From positions 3,224,001 through 3,288,000 of the forward strand of contig JAQFVV010000011.1 in assembly GCA_028023455.1 (NCBI GenBank): 64,000 nucleotides of DNA. Reading direction: 5' to 3'. Below, piece after piece: positions 39,191 through 52,422 of the stretch. A model generated the notes under the pieces. The model was not told the DNA's origin, did no database searches, and saw only the letters and a program-made list of their open reading frames with translations. Made by a program: the position numbers and the translations under genes. The stretch is from Epiperipatus broadwayi (lineage: Eukaryota > Animalia > Onychophora). Each line of letters begins with the position of its first letter. Positions within the stretch are counted from its first letter, which is position 1.

Positions 39191-39249
39191 ATTATTTTTC
39201 TAAAAAAATTCAAAATTAAAAAAAAAAAGTTTTTTATTATACAAACTCT

Positions 39250-40294
39250 GATTGTCTTTTGATAGCCAATCACGGCCACTTGTCGGCATTGTTTATGTGT
39301 TAAAACAATAAAATGTAATGTTACCGGGTTGTGATTTTAAAAATACGGTGACTTTTTTGATCGCTTAAATTTTTTCTATTCCCTCTTTTAATATTTCATT
39401 TTTAGTGTGTCTTTTTTTTTTTTGGTTAAATGGCGATTTTTTTTGGGGGGTTTTAACTTTTATTTTTGAAATCAATTTTTATTATCTTTTTTTAAAAATA
39501 AAAAACAAAAAATAACTTCTGTCTCTAACTTTTACAAAGTATTTCTCAATACACACACCCCACCCCAAAATAGAATAAGATCAAAACTTTTGACTTTTTC
39601 AAGTTTCAGTTTTTTTTGTCTAAAAATATGGCCACTTTTTTTTTTTTTAAATCTCTAAGGCGATATCTGTTTTGCCTTTATTTGTATACTGCTAATATAC
39701 TAAAACTTTTATTTTTAAAACCAATTTTTATTACCTTTTTTAAAAAATAAAAACAAAACAAAAGTAACTTTTATCTCTATCTTTCATCTCAGTGAAGACA
39801 AAGTATTTCTCAACCCACTCCCCCCAAAAAAAATTACAATAAGATCTTTTTTGGCTTTAACTTTTATTTTTGAAATCAATTTTTATCACATTTTTTTAAA
39901 AAGAAAAACAACCAAAAAATTTCTGTCTCTAACTTTTACAAAGTATTTCTCACCCCCCCCCCAATTAAAATAAGATCAAAACTTTTGACTTTTTAACTTT
40001 AGTTCTCTTTTGTTTTAAAAGACGGTGACTATATGGCAATTTGGGAGGGGGGGGCTTTATTTCTATTACGCGATGTCTATTTTGCCATTTCTTAAAAAAA
40101 ATTCTCCTATTAATTACATTTTTTGATCCTTTCAGCACACCAGCACAAAAAATTACAATAACATCAAAACTTCAGACTTTTACATGTTTCACTTTATTTT
40201 TTCAGATTTAAAATATCGTGAATTTGTTTTTGGCTGTACAGTGATTTTAATTATGCAATTTCTATTTTGCCCTTACTACTATCAAAAGACAACC
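39250..40294. mobile_element. Nested non-autonomous TIR element with internal roughly 200-bp direct repeats
   Basis: 14-bp TIR TTGTCTTTTGATAG (39252) and CTATCAAAAGACAA (40279). Absent from the sister MITE, where the site reads AAACTCCATA. The repeat unit occurs three times, near 39450, 39700 and 39855. Confidence 0.8.
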
Positions 40295-40829
40295 TCCATA
40301 TAGATATAATTTCATCTTGTATATTTAACATTAAATATAGATATTACATTTGTCATAATATTGTCATGTAATTATACTAGCTATGATATTTCCCAATATT
40401 CAGGTAATAATATCTTATTCTTGCATGTTTTAACAATGAAATAATAAATGTAGAAATGCAAGCACATTAATGAGAATGATTGTTATTGTACTGTTTTCTG
40501 TGTATGTGAAGGTAAGCAACACCATTACAATACACAATAACTAGTGTGCTTTTTTGGTCAGTTATAACAATTATGCTTATCTAAGGCTAAGCAGGTTACA
40601 TCTGTAAGAAAATTTATCTGTAAACTTCTGCTGATCTGCGAAATCTTATCCTTATTTTTGCCAGTCCACAGGTGTGAAAAGGTTGAAGACCACTGACATA
40701 TAGTTTTGTAAATAATTACTGCAACAAATACCTATAATTTTTACCATGCTACAACTATGAAGATATGATTATATATTATCCTATTACTAAAAGAATGTAT
40801 ATTTCTAACAATGGTGGATAAGCGACAGC

Positions 40830-41860
40830 ACTGGTGCTAATGATTGCTATAAGAGATCTTTAGCAACAAGAGAATATACATGTAAATGGGAAAATATGGG
40901 TGGTTTAGTCTGTAAATTATGTAAGGAAGGAATAGAAAATATTAGGGATCTGTTAATTCAATGTAAATGCTTGAAAACAAAAAGGGCACATATAATGAAG
41001 TTATGGAAGAATAAATATAAAAAAAGTGATTATACAGAAAGTGGATTATTGATTTTTATGTTGGGTTTGGGGAAAGACAAGGGGGATTTATATATAAAGG
41101 CCAAAGAGTTGACAAAGATTATGTTGTGGAAATGGGATGGTGCAGAATATGGAAAAACTTAGACTGGGGAATGTAAACTAAAGTAGCTAACAGGTTTCTC
41201 TGGGCATAATTGCTGAGAAATTCTTGACTTCATTTAAGGAGAAGCTATAGTATATAACATCACATTATACTTGTTGAATGCTATAGTGGCAAGGAATTGG
41301 GTAGAAGAACAGATGCATTAATAAATAATAGGGAGTTGGAGAGATGGAGAACTAGTATGGAGAATAAAAAGAGTTTAAATATAAATAGAAGTAAACAGAA
41401 TATTAGGTATGAGTTAATTTATGATAATAGCAAAAAAAATGGTTTACTGTTTAAGGCTTAAACAGGATCTTTAGCAACAAAGGGATTTACATATAAATAG
41501 AAAAATGTGGTGATTTAGTATGCAAATTGTGTAAGGAAAGCATAGAAAATGTTAGGCATCTGTTAATTAAATGTAAATGCCTGAAAGCAGAAAGAGTCCA
41601 AATGATGAAGTTGTGGAAGAATCAATATAAACAGAGTGGTTATATAGAAAGTGGGTTCTTGGTTTTTATGCTGGGTTTGGGAAAAGATAAGGTGGGTTTA
41701 GACATAAAGTTCACAGAGTTAACAAAGATTATGTTGGGGAAATGGGATGGAGTAGGATAGAGAAGAATATGGGGAAAATGTAAGGTGGGGAATTGAAATG
41801 GAAGGTAAAGTGACTAACAGATTTCTCTGGGCATAGTGGCTGAGAGATTCCTGACTCTCT
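40830..41860 (+). mobile_element. Two head-to-tail 3' fragments of one non-LTR retrotransposon (CCHC zinc knuckle)
   Basis: CKLCKEGIENIRDLLIQC and CKLCKESIENVRHLLIKC (C-x2-C-x8-H-x4-C), preceded by a LLFKAxTGSL-like motif. Both copies end in the same 3' UTR (AACAG(G/A)TTTCTCTGGGCATA). Confidence 0.75.
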
Positions 41861-43819
41861 TAAGTCACAGGGCATCACAGTGCATATAACAAGTAGTCAT
41901 GTCATTTGTATGATCATAAATGTAATTTCATTAACAGATCTATGTATAAAAACACACTTTGAAGTTCCCTAGAAAAAATTAAGAATTCATCAAAGCAGAT
42001 GATGAAAATGCTCCAACATATAACCATAAATGATAGCAAGAAATTGGTTTTTAATTCTAAATTGAAAAGTATCTCATAAATCCAATAATTTCAAAACAAT
42101 GATAGAAAAAAAAATCAAAAAATAAATTTATTTTTTATACAATTATATATGCATAAAAAATTATATAACTTCAAAATTATTACTTTCGAGATTTTTTTTT
42201 TTTTGAAACACAAAAAGATTAAGCTGCTAGACGATTATAATAAAAAATTAAAAAAATATGTCTAAAAATAATTATCTGTAAAAACTAATTGCATTTTTCT
42301 GGAATTAAAAGAATGATAAATACAGACTGAAGAAAATCAAAACGAAGATGGAAGAAGTATTAACTAAGATATATACATGTATAAATAGCAATTAGAAAAA
42401 AAGGAAATGCAGAAAAAAGAATTTAAAATATGAAAAAGGTAGGATTCCATAATAAGAGAAATAAAAAGAATGATTCTGATTGGGCTATTAATTAAGGTTC
42501 AGATCTGGATGAAACTTCAATTTTTCCCCCCAGGCATACAACACTTTTCTAAAGGAACTCAAAGTTATTTTAGCTAGTTGATTTGCAACCAATCCATAAA
42601 TTATAGATCAGTGAGTAAAAATCTTGTAATTCTGAGATGGGATGGTTCCGATTCTAGAAAAAAAGTCAAAGTTGGTCTGATGGATAAAAATGTACTTATC
42701 ATTTAAAAGAAACATATTTATAATGTACCAAAACTTCAATAAAGGAAGACATCATACATCAAAGGTCATCATTACCATTTATTAATCTTTTTTCATTTTT
42801 TTGTATAATCAAATCATTTTGGGTTATAACAATGAAAAAGTGTCCGCTGTTAATAATTTATATTTATCCTCTAATACTTTTTCCATTCATTTTCCTATTA
42901 CTAGTAATCATTTTTTAAATTTCTATAGTACACATCATTAGTTTCAAATTCCTACATTATATATATATATATGTTTTCTACTGGGAAATACTGTTTTCCA
43001 GCCAATAAATAATTAAGACATAGCTAAAGTAATGTCAAAACATTTGCATCTATTTACCTTAATAATATGTTTAGGATGATGACCAGAGTTCATTGTTTAT
43101 TATGGTTGACAAGATTATCAAGCATAGTATTTCTAGCAATAACCAGTAGTCAGAAAAATGCTGCAAGAAATCTAAAACGTCCGACCATATTGGTTTGTCT
43201 CACAAAATGTCATACTATTTTCCACAATTTACTTCCATTAATGAACTTGAGCTTGCTTGACCACTCCACAAGTAGGAAACAGAGCTTTTCTGTTAGAGTA
43301 ATTCTAGGCTGATAAATTATTGTTTTGAACATAAATCACTAATATTCAGACCTGTTTCTTTCTTAAATTGATCTCAATTTTAGTCATTTTCTCGATCTTA
43401 TGGTGAATAATTGCATCTACTAACCAATTATTTGATTGGCCTATTTGTGCTGTTGGCCATTTTACTGGTAAGTTATATTGTATTCTGATCCAATTTCAAA
43501 AATTCTATAGTTAGGACAAATCAATTATCAAAAACAAGCTTAAGATAAGTCCACAATACTCTCTCATCTAAAATTAATTACCATTAAAGTAATGTAACAA
43601 TATTCAAGGGACTTGTGCATCGATTAACTTTTTTGCCTATCAGAGAAGTTTATATTTATTAAACAAAAAAATACATTATACTAATTTTTTCTCATTATTG
43701 TAAATCTAGGGATTATATATATTTTTTTAACTGGAAAAAAATGGTAACGATAAATGACAAACAAATTAATTTCGTTTATTTATTAAAATAATGTTATTTT
43801 TTATTTTTAAAAAAATTAT

Positions 43820-44575
43820 TTATTTATAAATAATTTTATTGAAAAACCATATGTAATAATGATACAATTGTCAATCAAAAAAAAAAAATAGTAATCCATG
43901 TTAGTCAGGCAACCAAATGTTCTGATGTGGTTACTGGTGTTGTTAATCCAGATTAATCAGGCTCCATGTGTTGTCAAATAAAAATCTGGATGAGATTATT
44001 CTGTCCTTATGGTGAAATTCCTTTAGCTTGGAAATGAATGTGTCTTCAGGCCTGGGATGAGGAAAGGTAAACTTGTTGCGACATCTGGCCATCCAGATGG
44101 CATAAGTGAGAAAGGTTGAGAGTCTTGTGGTGACATAATCCCTGGACAGGAAGCAGCATTTAATATTTAAGATTTTGTTCAGGGAAATGTGGCAGTGGTA
44201 AGTAATGAAAGTTCTGATTTTGTTATATGCTGGGCAATCATTTATCATATGATCAAAGGTTTCACAGGTCCTATGGCAGTTGTGACACATAGGATCTATA
44301 TTCTTGAGGAATCTCCTGTAGTGCAGGAACCAGTTTGTCTGGAGTGAATTCAGGTTGATTTTCACTAGAAAGTCCAGGAACCTTGGCTCCAGCTTGAGAT
44401 TCTTGAAAAACCTGGTGACCACCTGATTGTTACCACTGAGGTAAGGAATGGTAGAGTTTTGTGTGGGAAATAGCAGGCTATGAGCATCCCAAATGGAGAT
44501 TTTTTTCTGAATACTAGGGTAGAGTGCCCATTGTGAGCGAAGGCTACCGTCGTAAATTCCTTTTTAAAAGAGCGA
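43820..44575 (-). mobile_element. 5'-truncated L1/Tx1-like LINE 3' end (zf-RVT-type zinc knuckle)
   Basis: The ORF at 43943-44422 contains CHNCHRTCETFDHMINDC and AIWMARCRNKF, with AATAAA downstream. The segment is GC-richer than its flanks. Confidence 0.8.
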
Positions 44576-45279
44576 TTTAATATGCATAAGTATACATATA
44601 AATAAGTTAATTAAATGCCCATAAATATGTAATAATATTGAATAATATTAATTATAGATTATACCATCTACAGAGCATAAAAAATTATATAATGAAGAAA
44701 ATTACCATTATATATTGTAAGAGTAGCTTACAATCCAATTCAAACCAACACTTATGTATCCACAACATTAAACTAAACCCATGAAAAACATAAACTGAGA
44801 TGATAGGTTTAAATAATGTTTTATCAAATTTTTTATGCAAACAGACATATAGAGTTAAATTACTACATGTGTTGAATGAAGTTTTATTAACATCTAATAT
44901 AGACTCAATGTTCACCTTATTTAATATCATTAGTTAGGCTTACAAAATCTAGGATAAGCAAATAAAGGAGGTTTATTATTTTTTTATTTAGAAAGCAGAT
45001 TTGATAACTGAGGCAGTATACTATTACAAACTATACTCATAAAGTTTATCATTCCATTGATTATATATTGCTAAAACTATGAGAGGGGCAGATAGCCAGG
45101 ATTTTATAATACAAATTGTTTATTTATTTTTAATTGTTATAAATGTAATATCTTTCAAAACACTGACCATTTGATACAATATACCAGTTTAAACTTGTTT
45201 TCACTTTGCAAAATTAGCCCAAAACCCTTACAAAGTAAAGCCTTGTACTGCCAGTAGAATTTTTTTTTTTCAACACAGC

Positions 45280-45800
45280 TAAATTAGCAAAAAAAGAAAA
45301 AAAAGAAATTGAATTTATTTTTTCATTCAAGTGAATAAAAAGCAATCACACAGTTAGAGATTCAGTGAATATGACTGATAGATCAGTTGGATCATGTTGA
45401 AATTAATTAAAAATTGTTTCACAGTCAAGACTGCTTGCAGAGGAATTGTCGTGGTGAAGATTTCATCTCACTTTGCCATAAAATGAACATTTACACTTAA
45501 CAGTATCACACAAATATTTCAGAATATTTAGATAAAATGTGACCATTAAGAACTAATTTTGAAAGAAAAAATGCCGTTTGCGTCAATAAAAAAGGTATCA
45601 GCATCATCGTGACCTTAGGCTTCACTCATGATGCTTTTGGAACTGGTGAATTTGACAATTTCATTAAATCATTTGTAAACTTGTGTTTTCCCAGAACGGC
45701 TTTCTTATAATCTGTTTCAAACATTACAATGTTTTTCCTGTGTGTTTTCTCTAAAAGTAAACATAATTTTACATTATTCCAATTTTTCCATCATACAAAA
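45280..45800 (-). mobile_element. Internally deleted mariner transposase remnant
   Basis: The minus strand gives GKTQVYK (HTH region), KVTMMLIP/FFIDANGI, LHHDNSSA and TVKQFL...YSLNL.LCDCFLF, matching mariner HHDNAPAH and YSPDLAPCDF. Confidence 0.75.
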
Positions 45801-47089
45801 AATCATCAAACATGTGAAACTCACATTGAAAACAAATGCACTACATGGCACCGTGATTTCAAATGATAATGTAATTTGGCAGATCCCTGCAAGAGGCATG
45901 TAATGACAGAAGCATGTACAAAACAACATGCACACTTACCTGGGAAAACTTCTGCTTATTTCTGAACCCTCCCTAATATATTTATTGGTATTTAAATATA
46001 TTCATGATATTTAATGAATGGATCATCAAAATGGAAAAAATAAAACCCATTATGCTGTTCTTTCATATAAATTATAACAACTAATAAAAATCATATACAA
46101 CAGCTAAAACCATTTGTGAAAAGGTTTTTTTAATGTATGGTTAATATATATTTATATCAGCTGTTAAATATGATTTTTATTATTTGTTGTAATTAATTAA
46201 TGGATAAATGTTGACTACTAGGTGCACTGATTAATAAAATATAACGTATATATTTCTCTTTATAAGACATATAATTTTTATTTTATGTACATATAGATTA
46301 ATGATATAATAATTGGCATTCTTGTTTCTACACCCATGACATAAAGATCACACCAGATAAATTTTTAAAAATCATTTTTAAAATCACTAGCAGATATTTT
46401 TTTTTCAGGTAATTGCTTAAAAGTCAATAAAACTAGCCATTTAATAGTAGTTAGTAATTGTATAGATACTCCTAACAGAGGGTAATGGTTTCAAGTTAAC
46501 ATATTGGTTATTTGTGTGATAGTAAAATTTAAAAAATGTGACTATAATATATGGTCTTTCTGAAATTTGTGAATATATATTATTTCTACATCCAAATTGA
46601 ATCTACAGTTAACCTTTATCTTGTACAGTCACATTTATGAATTAGATTGAGTGGGAGTAATACCACAGTTGTATTTATAGGCATAGATTTGCTAGACAAA
46701 TTATAGACTAGCATTTTTAAAATTAAAAATGACAGTTGTGTTAAATAAAGATCACTTGCCAAACATATTGCTAAGAAATTTGGTATTTGTTTTTTAGAAG
46801 CAACTAACATAACAATTCAATACTTTTTGATGATTATGCTAAACTCTAAAGATGTCTGTTGTTGATGTGAATAGACTGAGTGAGAGTGCACTAAAATGAT
46901 TGCTTCTCTGAGAAAAATGGTGTTATCAAGGACTTGATTAAAAAGAAGTGTGATATTCTTTGAATGCAAATTAAAGAAAATGTGGAGCTTCATAAAGAAA
47001 ACATTCAATGACAAATTTGAAAGTGATTTGTGAATTAAAATTACAAAAAAAAATTAATTTCTGAATGTGATGTCATATCAAAAATAACA

Positions 47090-47600
47090 TATAGACCTGG
47101 AAAGTGATATAATACTTATTTCAGATTAATGAACAGATAATTTTATGGTCTATTAAATAATGTTGCAAGAATGATAAATGGGTTTAATGATATATCTATC
47201 CAATCAACTCATTTTGATTTGAGCAGAGATATTCAGCTTAATAAAGTTACAACAACTCTTTGTAACTTAAAAAATAAAGAGACTTTGATTGGATATTGGA
47301 AGAGATTTATTACAAGGTAAGGAAATGTTAGCTCTAGAACTATTGAAAATTTTTAGGAATATTTGACCAATAAAATTGTTCCACTTAATTTTACTGATTT
47401 TTCTATTATCTCAACTTATAAAGTGGGTTAAAAAGAACCTCCAATAAATATTGTAAAATTCTCATTGAAATCAACTGCAATAAATATATTAGAAAGGATT
47501 TTACTGAATAACTTTCTTCCAGTTAAAGGTAAATTGTTAACAGAAATTCAATGTGGTTTTAATAAATCAAAGGTGCTTACTTGTGTATTATCCAATCTAC
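47090..47600 (+). mobile_element. Degenerate LINE RT N-terminal remnant
   Basis: PGKxDII-like, KSTAINILER and EIQCGFNKSK pieces occur in the expected order. Confidence 0.4.
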
Positions 47601-47770
47601 TAATCTTGGCAGCCATTTTTTTAATTATATAGTTTCAGCAGCCTACAAGTATTTGTTTACATTTTTTTTTGTAAATTTTATTCTACTGAATATGTGTTAA
47701 CTGTTAATTAAAAAAATTAATAAATTGATTATAAATTCCATTCAGAAGGCTTATTTCCATTTATATATAT

Positions 47771-48333
47771 ATGTTAAAACGAAGATTTGCAAGGGTTAAA
47801 TATATAAAATACATATTTTGCGGGTTCATCCATGTTAAAAACTTTTAATATTAATATACTGATGTTTCGACTTGGTCACACAAGCCATCCACAGAGTTAT
47901 AAATGGTAGAAAGATGGTTGTAGAGGTGCTATAATCACTGATTTGAATAAAATGTTAAAATTCCACCAATAGCAAAAAATGTTAAATTTAGGAATGTTTT
48001 TTAAAAAAATCTTTCCAAATAGGAGGAAGTTTACATGTATCATCTCGCTTATTGATACAATCTGGCCTTTTAAGTATCTTAATGGCTTCTCTAATTTTGT
48101 AAACTTCCTTCTATTTGGAAAGATTTTTAAAAAAAACATTCCTAAATTTAACATTTTTTGCTATTGGTGGAATTTTAACATTTTATTCAAATCAGTGATT
48201 GTAGCGCCTCTACAACCGTCTTTCTACCTTTTATAACTCTGTGGATGGCTTGTGTGACCAAGTCGAAACGTCAGTATATTAATATTAAAAGTTTTTAACA
48301 CGGATGAACCCACAAAATATGTATTTTATATAT
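47771..48333. mobile_element. Family D fold-back, two 236-bp arms and a 62-bp spacer, hammerhead motif in each arm
   Basis: Arms at 47800-48035 and 48098-48333. Motif ACT CTGTGGA T GGCTTG TGTGAC CAAGTC GAAA CG TC AGT at 48236-48275 (+) and 47858-47897 (-). Low-complexity TSD candidate TTTATATATAT at 47760 and 48325. Confidence 0.88.
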
Positions 48334-50004
48334 ATTATAATGTAAATGCTGACATCATCTGAACATTATCATTATTTGTTTACATTCAACATATTTATTT
48401 TTGTGCCCATTTTGGAAAAATGATGAAAGTTTGAGATTTTCCTTGACAGAACAGTATGCAGTCAATTTTCAAAATATGGGATCCTGCCCTCCTGAAAAGT
48501 CTGCATTAATATGCATGATATGACATTGTTTTGTGTTAATGCTTCTGAAACTGTATAATTATAAAAAATGGTTGCCAAGCTTGGAAGACAGCATAATACA
48601 CAAGTACCAAATCAAAACATTATAAATATTGTTTTTTGAGATAAAGAAAATACAAAAAATATATCATGAGCAAACATCTTTGATTTAATTAAAAAGGTTT
48701 GTGACAATGTCTAAAAATATCTAATAGCAACAGCAGTTTATTTATATGATACACCAACTATAAGGTGGTATAAGAAAAAGTGTTATTTTTAATAATGGCA
48801 GTCTGAATCATTTGAAATAAAAACCAGCTTTGAACAAAGATGACTCATATTGCTTTTAGTGATTTGATCAAATCATTTTATTCTGTTAACTTAACTGCAG
48901 TTTGTGGAGCATTTAACAGCAGGTTTATGATTGCAGAAGTTTTTTCACAATATATAATAGTTGCTAGATGAGGCTACAAGATAAAGTATCATTATTGATG
49001 ACAGAAAACATGAAGCATCGGGTTTAAGAGAGTCACGTATGAGCACCAATTTTGTTTTCATTTTAAGAGTTTTTGAAACAGTTTGTATGTGGTTTGATGA
49101 AATTTCATACCATGGTATTATAAAATTATGACGTTCTTCTTTTTTGAACTAGTTAAAAACAAAACAAAAATTTCAACTCCATAATTTCTAGAAAATCTTG
49201 CCATTTTAAATAACTGTCTGCAGCAAGTCCTTACTAATTTGAATGCCATTTGTAAATGCTTATGTTCAAAAAATTTTATGCTTTGTCAACCAGTAAGGAA
49301 AGAAGAATTTTCTTTTGTAAAGTGAATTACTTTACATATCTTGACAGTTTTTCATGAAAGCAGATATTGAGATGAAATATAAACATCTGTCTATTGCTGC
49401 CATGTTTAACAAGCTAATAAATAAAGTTAATATACTTACATTAGTCCTATGCAAATTTATTGACATGTAAATTTTGTTCCTATTGATTTTTCATTAAGGC
49501 ATTAGAAGAGTTTTATTTAAGAACATATATTACCTGAAAAATATAATAGCAAAATATAAGACCAATTAGAATGCTCTTTTTCTTGATGGATGCAAAAATA
49601 CTGTATCTATCAATGCAACTAAACTTCCTTAAAAGGATTTTTGCATGGTTTTTGGGAGAGAAATGGATTATTTATTTTATGTTGATTCAAAGTTGCTCCA
49701 AACTAATGCAACAATGATTGTTTTCATTGAGAGATTAAAGACTATAATGGAGAGCTACAATTAAGAAAGTATTGAAATCTTTTCAAAAGGAAAAGTTGTT
49801 TCATAATCACATGGTGTTGAGCAAATAGATTAAAGGGCCATATAGACATATTTGCATTTGCATGGATCTAAAAAATGTACACTTGAACTTTTTTCCCTTT
49901 ATCTCTGTTTGTGTTTATATTTCTTCTGATATCGTAATGGCTGTACACATTTAAAATTGCCTGCTAAAAAGAAAGAATGAGATCAATCAAAGTTTTACTT
50001 TAAT

Positions 50005-50172
50005 ATATACATATCAAGTGACCCCAAATGTTAAGAAACTTCAGCTACGCCCTCTATGAATAAATATATAAAAGTTGGACTCTCTCAATTATCCAGTTTG
50101 AGAGTCAAACTTTTATATATTTATTCACAGCGGGTGTAGCTGAAATTTTGGAGAGTGATTTGATATTTAATT
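50005..50172. repeat. Small fold-back hairpin
   Basis: The core arms TTCAGCTACGCCCTCTATGAATAAATATATAAAAGTTGGACTCTC (50040) and its near-complement ending 50144 are clear. The outer extension is weaker. Confidence 0.8.
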
Positions 50173-50504
50173 ACAGCTAGCCCTATGCTTTGGGCTTATT
50201 TCATATATATATGTATTAGTGAAGCTGGAATTTTTGGGTAAGATACACAGTAAAACTTTTATTATCAACCTTTTAACGTAATGATCGCGAGCTCTAAAAG
50301 ACTCCAAAAACACAAGGGCTTATACGCATTGTTTTAGTATACTTCATGACAGCTGGGTCACTATATATATATATAATATTGTATACTATATTTGATATAT
50401 AAGTATGGCAATTTAAAAAAGTAGTTTGATGTCTTACTTTTACAAAATATTTTTCCTATTCTTATTTTATATTTATTTTCTAATTTTTATGACATGAAAT
50501 AAAT

Positions 50505-50843
50505 AATATATAGGGTATATGAGCACAGACTTTCACATGACCCACCACTCTCCACACTATCTCATAACACTGATACACTCGAACACACATATGTTAAAAA
50601 GATAAATAATCACCAATACTTATAGCATATATGTGTAGAGATGGTAATCTGGACCAACTGATGATTGCTGGATTAGCATGAAATACGTATATTGGTGATT
50701 ATTTATCTTTTCAACATATGTGTGTTCGAGTGTATAAGTGTTATGAGATAGTGTGGAGTGGTGTGTCATGTGAAAGTCTATACTCATATACCCTATATAT
50801 TACAGATATAGACACAGGTATATATAAGCCTGTGTGTTTCAGC
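50505..50843. mobile_element. Family B fold-back insertion with hammerhead in the loop
   Basis: About 115-bp arms and a 41-nt unpaired tail. Perfect 17-bp TSD TATGACATGAAATAAAT at 50488-50504 and 50844-50860. Confidence 0.92.
50653..50696 (+). ncRNA. Minimal type I hammerhead ribozyme motif (Family B)
   Basis: ACCAA CTGATGA TTGCTG GAT TAGCAT GAAA T ACGT ATA / TTGGT. Other copies restore helix II as GTGCTG/CAGCAC. Confidence 0.75.
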
Positions 50844-52153
50844 TATGACATGAAATAAATGTAAATTACTAATAGAACTATCTCTTTAGTCTTAGTTATA
50901 CAATTTCTTTTTTTCTCTCTCTCCAAGCTAACTGCAATGCCAGATGACAAAGTTGGTGTAATGTGATTATGTTCTTAAAGTTCAGTTTACTGTTGATTAT
51001 CTAATCGTTCACAATGCATTTTAATGAAGGAGTAAGTCCTTGCGCGATTGGCAAGGCTTTTACCAGTAGTCGCACATCAATGAATAATCTTCAACTTTCT
51101 GAAAGCATTAAAAACCATTCTCAAACAGCAGTAAAGCGCTTTTTAATAGTTAATAAAGGAAATACTTTTTAAATTCAAAATCTGCTATATAAAATTAAAA
51201 TTATTTTTTAAAAAAAATTACAATTTTCTTCCACCAAATTGAATCCTTCACGAATTTGTGTCTTAATGAAATAAATAGATCGCGTACTTTATATATATGA
51301 AATTTAGCAATAAATAAATAAAACTATATATTAAATATATTTTATAAATACATGCACTAAACATGCTTTTGATTTATTCGTGGCAGGTTCAAGGTTAATT
51401 TTAAAAAAATTTGAATGTTTTATTGTTCGGGCCAAAATCCAAGACCTTGATCCAGAATCTACCATTCTATTACTGGTCTAAAACCTGCAGGATTAATTTT
51501 ATACTAATACCGAAATATAGACATTTAAAATTTGTTATCAGATATATAAATTTCAGTATGTTCTTAATTGCATGCTTTTAAAAGACGATGAGATTCATCA
51601 CATTGTTTGCGTTTGTAATGAGAGACGATGTCTCTCTCTCTCTGTCTCTTTTTTTTTTTTTGTAATAAACTCATTCTTCAGATATTCTTGACTTCCCTTG
51701 TATTAAATTCATAACTAATATTTCTTTCATTATTCAGAAATATGGAATTGTAAATAGGATTATTTTTATCTTGATAGATTTTGTATATATATTATATTAT
51801 TCTAGCATTCACACTTGCCTTTGTTTTGTCATTTTATATAATTAAACAATTATAGGAATACATTTAATGGAATAATCAAGATTAATCTCCATTATGTTTA
51901 GTTTATCATTGGAATTTACTATATAACCCCACTAAAGTTATTAGGCATTTGGAAACCAGGTTTGAACTCCTTGTCACATATCTTTACTAAGTTTTCTTCT
52001 GTGTGTTTATATTAAATAGTTTACCCTCCATTGTGATTTCTCTTCACATTATTATTATTGCTATTAAATACTTTTGAATTCAAATTTTTTCTTTGGAATT
52101 ATTTTTATTATATTCCAAGTGACTTTCACCAGATCAGCAGTAAATGTCTTAAT

Positions 52154-52422
52154 ACAATAGTAATCTCTTTGTACAGTAGTGCCACCTAGCACAAGCCTTA
52201 GTAATCAGTGGATGCAAGGTTTTTGCATAAAATTTTCATCTAGTGCCAGCTCATCAAATATCCTCAGACTAGCTTCTGGCTTGTGGCTTCATCAGTAAGG
52301 AACCTATAATCTGAGAGGACTGCATCTAAATCTTAGGATCAAATACAACCCTTCAGCAGTCAACTTTTACCTACTTAGTTGCACACTTTGTGTAAGAATA
52401 GGAAATGGTGATCATGTGAGAA
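52154..52422. mobile_element. Family A insertion with short inverted 3' end
   Basis: Hammerhead at 52261-52301 (minus, GAAA changed to GAAG). Ends GATCATGTGAGAA. TSD TAAATGTCTTAAT / TAAATGCCTTAAT (12/13) at 52141 and 52423. Confidence 0.85.

Larger units (their letters stand above)
38716..40695. mobile_element. Buster-type hAT MITE carrying nested insertions
   Basis: TIRs CAGTGGTCTTCAA and TTGAAGACCACTG. Perfect 8-bp TSD ACATATAG at 38708-38715 and 40696-40703. Collinear with the 530-bp sister at 59930. Confidence 0.95.

Noticed and set aside
43000-43350. I/Nimb-type LINE RT N-terminal remnant
   Set aside because: Weak motif echoes only. The 81-aa ORF has no recognisable homology.
47897-48236. 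Paired 85-aa ORFs
   Set aside because: Artefacts of the Family D inverted repeat.
48400-49900. Decayed transposase-like coding region
   Set aside because: Several frames were tried and no family motif was identifiable.
51670-51700. Isolated CTGAAGA/CTGATGA heptamers here and near 654, 945, 42327, 56345 and 58623
   Set aside because: No downstream helix II, GAAA and helix I pairing. Such heptamers are expected by chance.
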